DNA of 64,000 nucleotides from Eutreptiella sp. 'Long Island Sound 2002'. Lineage: Eukaryota > Protista > Euglenida. Positions 48,895 through 58,967 of the stretch are shown piece after piece. The translations under genes and the position numbers were made by a program. Position 1 is the first letter of the stretch. Each line of letters starts with the position of its first letter. The DNA is taken from contig OZ038379.1 of assembly GCA_964036045.1 (NCBI GenBank), positions 76,074,001 to 76,138,000 on the forward strand. The letters run 5' to 3'. The notes under the pieces are model-generated. The model was not told the origin of the DNA and did not search any database. It was given only the letters and a program-made list of their open reading frames with translations.

Positions 48895-51288
48895 CCTAAT
48901 CAAGACTGAATATTGGGACCGAGCTGGTGGGGGAGGGAACATTAGCTATGACTGGTGAGGGACATCATGAAAGACTCACACATTGATGGCTCTTGACAAA
49001 GTGAAATCAGCTTGCACGTGCACCCCATCACCACGAGACCCACTCTCAAGGCTTTTTGGACTTGTGAGGGGCCAAAATGCCCCAAAATGGGCTCATTCTA
49101 CCCGTTTGTGCACCCCAAATGGCCTAGGATGAGGTTTGGAAAAATGCGATTTTGACCCATTTTTGGTCCCAAAACAGCCCATTTTCAAGGCATCTTGGGA
49201 TTTTCGGAGGACCAAAATGGGCCACCACAACCTCAAAACGGTCCAAAAACACTTGTTTTAGCGTCGCACATGGTCTAGGATCATTTTTGGAGAAAAGTCA
49301 TCTTTTTGCCCCTACGGGACCCTGTTGACCCATTTGGGCACCCACCTGTTTGGGCTTGAGCTTGCAGCTTGTTGCAGCCTAGTGGGCCTAGGTATTGGGG
49401 TGTAGGCGTCCGTTTGGGCAATTCTGAGGGGTGGAAACCACAAAAAGTGGGGGTTTGCGGGTGGAGTAGGTGCCCTCGGAATCGCATTTGGAGCCAATGT
49501 AGCCAAAAATATGGCCTATTCTTGGTTTGTGGCCATCAGCATTTGGAGCTTCTGGGGCCCTTTTTGGGCCGTTTTCGGGACATATCATGGAGTTAGAGGG
49601 CCGCAAAGAGCTCGTTGACACGGGGAAGTCAAGCCGCAAGTGGAGTGTACCCATTGTTCCCCTTCGTTTGGCCGTTTTGAATGTGTTCCAGGGCCGTTTT
49701 GGCCCAAAAATGGCTGCTTTTGGCCCTAAACTGCAGCTTTTGAAACTGAGGTCTGCCACTTGCGAATCCTGTTCCCGGCCGCCACCGTTGAGTTTCTTGC
49801 TCAAACTTTGTGTGATTGTACTTCACACCCATAGGTATCATCCACCAAAATTTCACCTGAATCTGAAGCACCACGACGGAGTTTTGATTTCCCCCCATTT
49901 CGCGCGTGCTGCTGCTTGCTGCTTGCTTGCTGCTGCTAAACCTGGTACCTTGGTGGGCGGGCGGGCAACAAGAAATTTTTCAAAGGCCCGTGGAAGACAG
50001 TGGGGGGGGCACGGGGGGGGGGGGGGGGATGGGGGCGACCCCTTGGTTCCGGACGCCGACTACCCCCCCAACTAACTGTTGGCCGGAGGCCCCTGGGGGG
50101 GGGGGGGATGGGGGCGACCCCTTGGTTCCGGACGCCGACTACCCCCCCAACTAACTGTTGGCCGGAGGCCCCTGGGGGGGGGGGGGGATGGGAATGGTCT
50201 TGGTTTTATAACCCTTTTTAGGGTCTAGGGTGGACCTACCAGGTTTAGCAGCAGCAAGCAAGCAGTAAGCAGCAGCACGCGCGAAATGGGGGGAAATCAA
50301 AACTCCGTCGTGGTGCTTCAGATTCAGGTGAAATTTTGGTGGATGATACCTATGGGTGTGAAGTACAATCACACAAAGTTTGAGCAAGAAACTCAACGGT
50401 GGCGGCCGGGAACAGGATTCGCAAGTGGCAGACCTCAGTTTCAAAAGCTGCAGTTTAGGGCCAAAAACAGCCATTTTTGGGCCAAAACAGCCCTGGAACA
50501 CATTCAAAACGGCCAAACGAAGGGGAACAATGGGTACACTCCACTTGCGGCTTGACTTCCCCGTGTCAACGAGCTCTTTGCGGCCCTCTAACTCCATGAT
50601 ATGTCCCGAAAACGGCCCAAAAAGGGCCCCAGAAGCTCCAAATGCTGATGGCCACAAACCAAGAATAGGCCATATTTTTGGCTACATGGCTCCAAATGCG
50701 ATTCCGAGGGCACCTACTCCACCCGCAAACCCCCACTTTTTGTGGTTTCCACCCCTCAGAATTGCCCAAACGGACGCCTACACCCCAATACCTAGGCCCA
50801 CTAGGCTGCAACAAGCTGCAAGCTCAAGCCCAAACAGGTGGGTGCCCAAATGGGTCAACAGGGTCCCGTAGGGGCAAAAAGATGACTTTTCTCCAAAAAT
50901 GATCCTAGACCATGTGCGACGCTAAAACAAGTGTTTTTGGACCGTTTTGAGGTTGTGGTGGCCCATTTTGGTCCTCCGAAAATCCCAAGATGCCTTGAAA
51001 ATGGGCTGTTTTGGGACCAAAAATGGGTCAAAATCGCATTTTTCCAAACCTCATCCTAGGCCATTTGGGGTGCACAAACGGGTAGAATGAGCCCATTTTG
51101 GGGCATTTTGGCCCCTCACAAGTCCAAAAAGCCTTGAGAGTGGGTCTCGTGGTGATGGGGTGCACGTGCAAGCTGATTTCACTTTGTCAAGAGCCATCAA
51201 TGTGTGAGTCTTTCATGATGTCCCTCACCAGTCATAGCTAATGTTCCCTCCCCCACCAGCTCGGTCCCAATATTCAGTCTTGATTAGG
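48895..51288. repeat. Large inverted repeat: arms 48895-49947 and 50237-51288 (~1,053 bp), spacer 289 bp
   Basis: The arms are reverse complements with only ~4 differences seen by eye; the spacer holds two tandem ~80-bp units. Confidence 0.95.
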
Positions 51289-52775
51289 GTCACCGAGCTG
51301 GTGGAACCAGTCTTGGTTTTATAACCCTTTTTAGTGTCTAGGGTGGACCGGAGTCCGTCAGTGTGCAGATGAAACACTTTTGTCCCGCTCGTTAGGTTTG
51401 GTTTATTTACGTGATCATGATCTAGTATGTTTTGTTCATTGCCGACGTGTATGTCAATGCTTAGAGTTTGGAGTCAGGGAAGCCCCAGAGGTTGCCCAAG
51501 TGGAATTGGTGTGATGCAACGTTTTTTGTTGCAGAGTGTGTAGGTCTCTCTGAGTAGTAGTGTCATGCGATTCTATAGCCCGCGTGGGCTTTACTCTGGA
51601 CTGCAGAAGCACCACCATTTTTGGTTTCACGGCCCGGAGCGGTCTGTCTGCCCAACGGATTGATGCTTGTGTGCTTTGGTAAACTACAAATGCAATTTTT
51701 TTTCACTGCGAGCAACTCCAAAATAGTAGTTTCCGCAAAATTTGTTGTGGCCACTCACAATGATCGTCCGAGCCATGCAAATCATGTTTCAGGGAGTATT
51801 TATGTGTTTTTCTCCCTATCTTGGTATTGAGTGTGTTGGCGGGGTTGGACTGGTACACAAGGTGCTGATGCAGCTGAGCTATCCACCCTGCGCACGTCAA
51901 AAAGTCCTAGTTTCGAAAACCTAGATTTTTGATATGCTTGCTACTCAGAATGATGCCCCAAGCTATGTAAAGCATGTTTTAGGCAGCACTTATGTATTTT
52001 TCACCCTTTCTATTGGGCGTGGCAAGGGGGGGATTTCCCAATCGACTGATACAACCTATGAATGATATACAACCTACCATGCTATGCATGATGGAGTGAT
52101 GGTGTCAAAAGATCAAAGTGCTTTTTTTTGGGTTATCATGTTTGTTTTCTCTGCAATAAACCGACCATTCGCCTCGAAACGGCTTCCTTTAATGGAAAAC
52201 TCCGTTGTATGTGTAAGGAAAAAATTTGTGTAACCTCCCCTCCCTCTCTTGGGGCGCTGGCCCAACACCCCTAGCACTGAGGCCAGTTCCTCCCATCGCT
52301 GCAATAGTGATTGATTGTCGTTTTCATCTGGTCAAGGAATACCTATCACAGACACACCCCTACAACCCCAGTCCCCCTTAAACTCCTCCCCAATCAAGCC
52401 TGATCGAGTCCTGCTCACTCGGCCAAGTAGTGCCAGCAACAGCAAGGTGGGTTTGACCTGGTGGGACCCCTTGGGCGCCTGCTCTGTGATGTAGCATTGA
52501 AACACCTCGGTGTTGCCGTACTGAAGCCAAAAGGTGGAAATCAATGGCTTGGCCCAACACATGAGTGTATCATAGTTGCCTCGTTTGAACTGCCGGACAT
52601 TGCTGCATATGCATAGGAGGACGTGCATGTGTGGAGCGCTTTGTGACCTGCTTGCGGCCCTCTCTTGGGGGTTGATCGCAAAAATAATGCTGTATGTTTT
52701 TGCCCCACCCTTGAGATACTCTTTGTGGGAGGAGTGTGACAGGTGAAATCTTAATTGCGTGATTGTTTGTCCCAG

Positions 52776-53291
52776 GCCAAGACCGTCAGCCCGCAGAAGG
52801 AGTTTGGCGATGATGAGCCAGCAGTGTTGGACGGCCCTTACAATCTGGCAGTGAAGATGGTGTCAGCTACAGTGTACGAGGGCGCACTGTCGGAGAGGGG
52901 CATCTGTGCAATCCTGTCCCTTGGCGACTACATCCACGAGATTGGGCCGCAGCGGGACAAGGTCCGTTGGGAGGCTGAGGTGCTGCTGCCTGTGATAGAT
53001 GTCCAGCGCGACATCCTGGACCTCTCAGTGGTGCAGCCTGCCCTGCCAGGAGAGCTGGGCAAGGCACGCATCAGTTTGGAGGGCCTGCAGCTCAATGAGC
53101 CCCAGCCTTTGCGGTTCCCCATAATGTCCAAGGAGGAGGGCAATTGGAAACCAATGGGGGAAGTTGAGCTGCAGCTGCAGCTAAACTTGGCCCTGCAGCT
53201 GCAGGGCGGCGACAAGCGACCAGGCAAAGTGAAGTCAAAGGAGGCCTCTGAGAAGGATGAGATGGAGGTGAGCCAGGAGAAGCTCCTGCAG
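52776..53291 (+). CDS. Exon D of giant protein (516 bp; C2-like domain)
   Basis: cccag|gcc aag; C2 motifs DILDLSVV, ELGKARISLEGL, W.PMGEVELQL; donor ctg cag|gtcctt gives EKLLQ|VSLLHG, matching the first strand of sibling C2 domains. Confidence 0.85.
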
Positions 53292-54597
53292 GTCCTTGTC
53301 CCCAGCCTTCCCCTCCTCTTTTTCTTTCTGTACTTTGTGTGGAGTCGTTCAAGGACAACCGACAGGTGGTTGGACGGTGGTGGACCTGGAATGATGGCTG
53401 TTAGAGGCCAACGGGGGAGATACAGTGCAAGGTGCGCGGTCTTTTGGGTATTGCGGCTGACTCTTTTCCCATAAATCCCCCTTGTGCTTTTTCTCAGCAC
53501 CTCACCAGCCCCGAAGGCAAATGATGGGCATAGCGCGTTCGGGGCATGTCTTGACGCAGTTGCATGCATGGGGTGTGTGCCGTGACAAGCACTGGTAATA
53601 TTGGGGAAATTGGACATTCCGTTCCGAACCGGATTTTGGACATTCCCTTCCGGACCGGATCCAGAAATTGCATTGGATGGTGCATGCTGTGGTGCACATG
53701 CAACAATTTCTGAATGTCAGGAACGTCCGTTATGAGCCGTACGGTCCGTGGGACCAATTTCCCAGCGCCATCTTTGGCCACCCAAAGGCCACACAACGGA
53801 GCACTGACTCAGATTCATCATCTTCCAACTCGGATTTGTCATCCTCTTCAGGTTCATCCCTTACAAGCACTGAGGAGAATGAGGAGTAGACAAATGAATT
53901 GATGCGAATACTTTGGTGGAATGGGGCGATCCATGAGGTAGTGAAGCGAAACGCGAAACAAACGAAACAGCTATCCTATGGGATTGGGCACTGCATTCGG
54001 TGGTGAATCAAAACGTGAAACGGTCAAAACAGAGTACCTTGCAGGTTTGGGCACCCCGTGAGGTACCTGGCAAGCATTGCAAAGTGGCTGCATGCTTGCC
54101 CCGCTCTTTGATGTTGGGCCGTGCTAAATCCTTCTCCTTTCATCATCAACCAACAGCCCCCTCCAACAGGGGTTGTGGGCGGCTACAACTGCCATGCAAT
54201 TGGTGAGGAGGATGCGGTGGAGGCCTCCGTTGTTGTATGCCTGCCCCTTAGGCCATCGCCTCCCTAAAAAATCACTGAAATTTTTTTGAGACTGCATGCG
54301 AAAGAACGCGCATGGTGGGATGTGCGGTGCGCGTATCTCCCCCAACAGCTGGTGGTGGGACAGTGGTGGGGTCCCAAATGGTTGATGGTCGGAGGCTGCC
54401 AAAAATCACAATCCACGCAGGGGTTGTGCGGCATAGGCTGATAACCCACATTGGTCTGTTGTGACATTTGATCCGAGAATCTGTGTGCTGATCTCAGCAC
54501 TGGTAGTGGGGATGAAAAATGAGGTGATGTGGATGCGCATCTGCATTCACGCTGTCGCTACTGTTTTTACCTCAATTCCTTCCCTTCATCTTTTCAG
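53292..54597 (+). other. Intron 4 (GT-AG, phase 0, 1,306 bp)
   Basis: Pyrimidine tract at 54560-54594 before ttcag|gtc; in-frame join. Confidence 0.85.
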
Positions 54598-54949
54598 GTC
54601 AGCCTCCTGCATGGTATCGACTTCTATGATGCTGCTGGGGAGCTGCTCAATGGGGCTCAAGTGAAGCTGCACTTTGGAGGACAGATGTACCACAGCAGCC
54701 TGAAGGATGGCACTGCCAATCCTGAGTGGAGTGAGGAGTTTGTGTTTCCTGTTGAGAATGAGGTGGAGCAAACCCTGGATATTGCTGTCATGGATCGGCA
54801 GGCCATTATGGGCATGTGTCGTGTGAAGATCGAGTCGCTGCCACGGGATGTCAAGCACCCCATGGACATCAAGCTGTTCACGCTCATCGATGGCAAGTGG
54901 GTCACACTTGACCCCCCGCAACGGCTGCAGCTTGTGTTTGTGGCCAAAG
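54598..54949 (+). CDS. Exon E of giant protein (C2-like domain); 3' boundary uncertain (54947/54949 if spliced, 54987 if terminal)
   Basis: PEWSEEFVFPV, EQTLDIAV, MGMCRVKIESL, GKWVTLDPPQRLQLVFVAKG match the second-type C2 repeat; no GT donor at the expected point. Confidence 0.8.
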
Positions 54950-56299
54950 GCAGCCCCCAACTCTGTCCAACCCTTAACTTACCCTGACCCCCCCTTCCCT
55001 TGTAACCCCCCCCAATGTCATGACGGTCCCCCTCAAGGGCAAGGGGGACGGTCATGAAGTGACCCCCCGCCTCCCGGGAGGGGACCATCATAGGATTGCA
55101 CCACACAATGGTAGCACAAAAACTGCAGCAGTTCCAATATGACCTCAAGAAAATTTTACTTTGGCGCCTCATATTTCCTGTCCTTTTTGGGCCAAGTGAC
55201 CCCCCCCCCCCCTCCTCCCAGGGGGATGGAATTGCGGGGGGGGGGGGGGGGAAGCCCCTATTACTGTCCATGGCGCTGTACCATTGCAATGGGGGGAGAT
55301 TTCAAGAGATGCAGGGGTTTAATCCCCTGCAATTGCCCCAACCCTCACGCTCACACAACTGTCCACAGCACAGGCGACCAGAAACCTGTAGTAGTCCTGA
55401 CACTGGGATTGGGGAAGGGTGGGTGGTTTGAGGATGGTCAACCAAATGCCTGCCTTTGTACATTTATGCAAGCCACCCACCTACACCGAATTGCATTGGC
55501 CTTCCTTCTTGTCGTTGTTGTGTTACCTAGCTACATCAACTACCATCGACCTATCATCACCACATGAACAACTTGTAACAGACCTTGTTGACCCCTATGA
55601 TGGCACAATGTCTGTTGCATCTGCCACATCTGTGATGTCTGTTGAGCTGGGATGAGTTTTTGTAGCACATGCAACATTGCATTGTTGTTGCACTCTCATA
55701 CTAATATTTTTGGTGTTCGGCATCCTCCATGTATTTTGTTCCTTTTTGTGATAGCCCCAGTTCAAAGGAGAGAAAATGATGGAGGTAATGTAGCATTGTG
55801 TTGGGTTCCAAGAGAAAACCAGGATTTGGAAACACAGGGGTTGGCATCTACAAATGAATCATTATCCCAAAACATTATACCATGCTATTTGTGGCATCCG
55901 TAGGGTTGAGAACACCAACAAGTTTTCACCTAGACTGCGTTGATAGTGTCTCCTTGTATGTGCGGCATCATTCCCAAATAGCGGCAAAGTATTCACCCCT
56001 GGGGTACTGTCACTCTTGTGGTGGTCTCCCAATTTTTCTCAGCAAACTATGCACCCCTTAGGTACTGTCACTGTCAGTAGTTACTAGGTACTGTCACTGT
56101 CGCTACGTACTGTAACTGTCGCTGTTGTGGTGGTTTCCCAATCTTTTTTTCTCATTCACCCTTGGCGCATGCTATCTAGACACACTATGTGCACTGCAAC
56201 TCTCCTTGACCCATGTGGCTGGGTACTGGGTACACGGCTGGGTACTTGGTACGTACCATCCATTGCAGAGCATGGAACCTGCCTTATGTGAATTCTCTT

Positions 56300-57897
56300 G
56301 CCTTTGGCAAGTCTACCACGCAGAGAATCAAACCCAAGCAATGAACCTCCAATTGGCTGATTTTGCAATCATCCATCAGCACCATGGCTCCCCATGGGTT
56401 TGTACATACTCCCATTGACACTAAATGATCACCCAACAACAGCCCAAGGGCCCCCATGGGTCATCGGCAGTGGTCTGGGGATTGCGATTTTTCAGCCAAC
56501 CCATGCCGGCCTTCAAGCGGCAAGTCCTCGCCAATGGGGCCCTAGGGTGGCCGATCTGGGCCTAGAAACAGCACCCGCAACCCCCTTCATTGGTTAGAGA
56601 GGGTCCCTATAGAAGACAAAAGTGCAATGGGACCAAGGTCTGAAACAATGCACGGTGGCAGCTATAGACTCACAAGTTTTTGCCCGCTAGAGTGCAAACA
56701 AGCGCAAAACGGTGTTTTTGAGGGCCAATAAGACCCACTAAGAGGGCCTAGTTGGTGCCACATGACTACCCATGGGTTGATACGTACTCCCATTGTCACC
56801 AAATGATCACTCAAAGCAGCACAAGGGCCCCCTGGGGTGGTCGAAGGTTGCCCACGACTTGCTATTTTTCAACCACCCCATGCTAGGCTGAAAACGTTCA
56901 AGTCCTCACTAGTGGGGCCCTAAAAGGGGGCCATTTGGAAAATTTGGAGATAACACCCATGACCCCCATCATTGGTTACAGGGTCCATGAAGAGGAAAAA
57001 GTGGAATGGGATTAGGCTGGAAAACAGCAGGCAATGGTGGCTGCAGGCCAACCATATTTTGCTCTCTACAGAGCACAAAAGCCGGTATTTTTGAGGGCCG
57101 ATAAGCTCCACTAAGTTGGTGCTACATGGCTCCCCATGGGTTTAAGCATACTCCCATTGCCACCAAATGATCAACCAACACTAACCCAAGTGTTCCTCAC
57201 GATTGTCAAGGGTTGCTAGAAGAACTGCATGGGGAAGCACTTGATGCGGCGCGGGCGGGGCGCAGAGATTTGGCCACTCGTCCTAACCAAGCAACCGTGC
57301 TTAGCACCCAAGGGTTTTCTCTCCAACGGGGCCGTTTTAGGAGGGGGAAAGCCGAGGCCGTTCCAGGAAAACGCACCGTAGCGTGTGGCGTGGATCCTCC
57401 CCCGATATTTCACCCAACACACGTAGGCCATTTTTAGTCAAAGCGTTCATTTGGTGTTTTTCACACGGACCATGAGTGGCCCTAGGCAAGGCTACAAGCC
57501 GCCAAGCACCGTATTTTGGTCGCCCAAGAATCCACATTTTTTAACCAACCCATGGCGGTCTCTAAACAGCTAAGTGTCTATTTTGGAAATTTTTGTTGAT
57601 TTCAACACGTCCACATTGCAAAGAATCTGCCCCGAGCAACGCATATCTAAGTGGCCGATTTTGCAATCATCTCTCAGACCCCTTAGCATCATGCCTCCCC
57701 ATGGCTTCATATGTGCTCCCATTGATACGGAATGATCACCCAATCACAGCCCAAAGGCCCCCAAGGGTTGTTGAAGGACGCCCAAGAATCGGTTTTGCAG
57801 CCAACCCATGGCGGTCTCTAAACAGCTAAGTGTCTATTTTGGAAATGTTTGTTGATTTCAACACGTCCACATTGCAAAGAATTTGCCCGGAGCAACG
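56300..57897 (+). repeat. Degenerate ~370-bp tandem repeat
   Basis: cccatgg.tt.....tactcccattg..ac.aaatgatca.ccaa at ~56390, ~56770, ~57133 and ~57698; a ~100-bp duplicate (~57545-57641, ~57800-57897) has its second copy cut at 57897. Confidence 0.75.
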
Positions 57898-58020
57898 AGG
57901 ACCTGCTTGCTTTCCATTCCTTTACCCTGTCGTATACATCGACACACTCCTTGATCCACGTGTTGTGGGGAGTATACCAACGACAAGTCTCTACTATTGG
58001 CGGGGCCACCCTACATATGG

Positions 58021-58108
58021 TCCCCTGTTTGTCTTGCCCCCTTTTCGTTTACGAACAGGGGATCACTATCTCTGTGTGTGTACAGATTTGTTGAAAATTT
58101 ATTGTGTT
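58021..58108 (+). repeat. Direct repeat copy 1 of element B (88 bp)
   Basis: 87/88 identical to 63597-63684. Confidence 0.95.
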
Positions 58109-58121
58109 TTTGTGAAGCAGC

Positions 58122-58820
58122 ATGCAGGTCTTTCGCTCCCCGCCTAAGAGTGCGTCGTCTGGGCCCCCAGACCAAGGAGCCTCGGGCTCTGGGGTGGACG
58201 CGCCGGTGCAGGACACCAGCCAGATGTCGCCTGAGGAGCTGCGCGCGTTGCTGCAGTCCCAGCAAGAGGCGATCGGGCACCTACAAGCACGGTTGGAGAG
58301 CTTGGCCGTCGCGGAGAGAAATTCAGTGCCAGACTTGACCGCAGAGGCAGTGGAGCAGATGCTGAAGGGCGACAAAGTAGCCAGTTGGATGCGCCAGTCA
58401 GGCGAGGCGCCGCGGGACTACGTTAGAAGCGCAAGTGCTGCACCGGCCAGGCCGTCCGACGTGATGGGCAATGCGATGGAATGCCCCAGGGGCGACAGGC
58501 TGGCCTACAGGATTTGGGGTATCATCCTCGACTCCCAGCAGGCGTACGCCCAGAGGTTCGCGCCGGAGTCCAGCAGTCGGGCGGACCCGTCCAACCCGCT
58601 GGATGCCATGAGCTGGCCAGATGCGGTCAAAAACGGGGGACCATCCTTTAAGTACAAGCGCATCGACTTCGCTATGCGGCAAGGCGTCCTTCATTGGATG
58701 ACGAAGAAAGGAAGGTGGGTACCAATATCCGCCCGCCCGTCTGGCGAGTGCCAGAGATGCGCCAAAGAGGGCGTCCCATCAGAGCAGTTGCGGCAGTGGC
58801 ATTTCCAGTGTCCCCACTAG
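58122..58820 (+). CDS. Element B ORF1, gag-like (232 aa)
   Basis: The ATG lies 13 bp after the repeat; N-terminal coiled-coil-like segment; C-terminal C-x2-C-x13-H-x2-C motif (CQRC...HFQC); first ORF before YR. Confidence 0.65.
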   Translation: MQVFRSPPKSASSGPPDQGASGSGVDAPVQDTSQMSPEELRALLQSQQEAIGHLQARLESLAVAERNSVPDLTAEAVEQMLKGDKVASWMRQSGEAPRDYVRSASAAPARPSDVMGNAMECPRGDRLAYRIWGIILDSQQAYAQRFAPESSSRADPSNPLDAMSWPDAVKNGGPSFKYKRIDFAMRQGVLHWMTKKGRWVPISARPSGECQRCAKEGVPSEQLRQWHFQCPH

Positions 58821-58967
58821 TCCTGACGGGACTGTCGCCACTGCGACAGGGCGGGGTGGGGATGGCCGTGTTGGTGTGAAGATTCCCAACCCGCGCGTCC
58901 AATCCCCACCCGCGAGGCCTTACCTGCCACCAGAGCGACCTTCAGCGCGGCGGCGGCGGGGTGGGCA

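Larger units (their letters stand above)
39690..52775 (+). other. Intron 3 (GT-AG, phase 0, 13,086 bp)
   Basis: aag|gtattg ... tgtcccag|gcc; no other repeat- or C2-encoding segment was seen in between. Confidence 0.75.

Noticed and set aside
48820-48900. True interstitial telomere array
   Set aside because: Only a degenerate 6-bp periodicity with no run of perfect CCCTAA; noted only as context for the palindrome.
49388-50902. Mirror-image ORFs (138-182 aa) in the palindrome arms
   Set aside because: No recognisable motifs; they are duplicated only because the DNA is inverted.
53268-53273. gag|gtgagc as the donor of exon D
   Set aside because: A better consensus, but it would delete VSQEKLLQ, which supplies the first strand of the next C2 domain; could still be a minor alternative site.
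53604-53763. 10-bp inverted repeat gggaaattgg/ccaatttccc as a MITE in intron 4
   Set aside because: Too short, and no target-site duplication.
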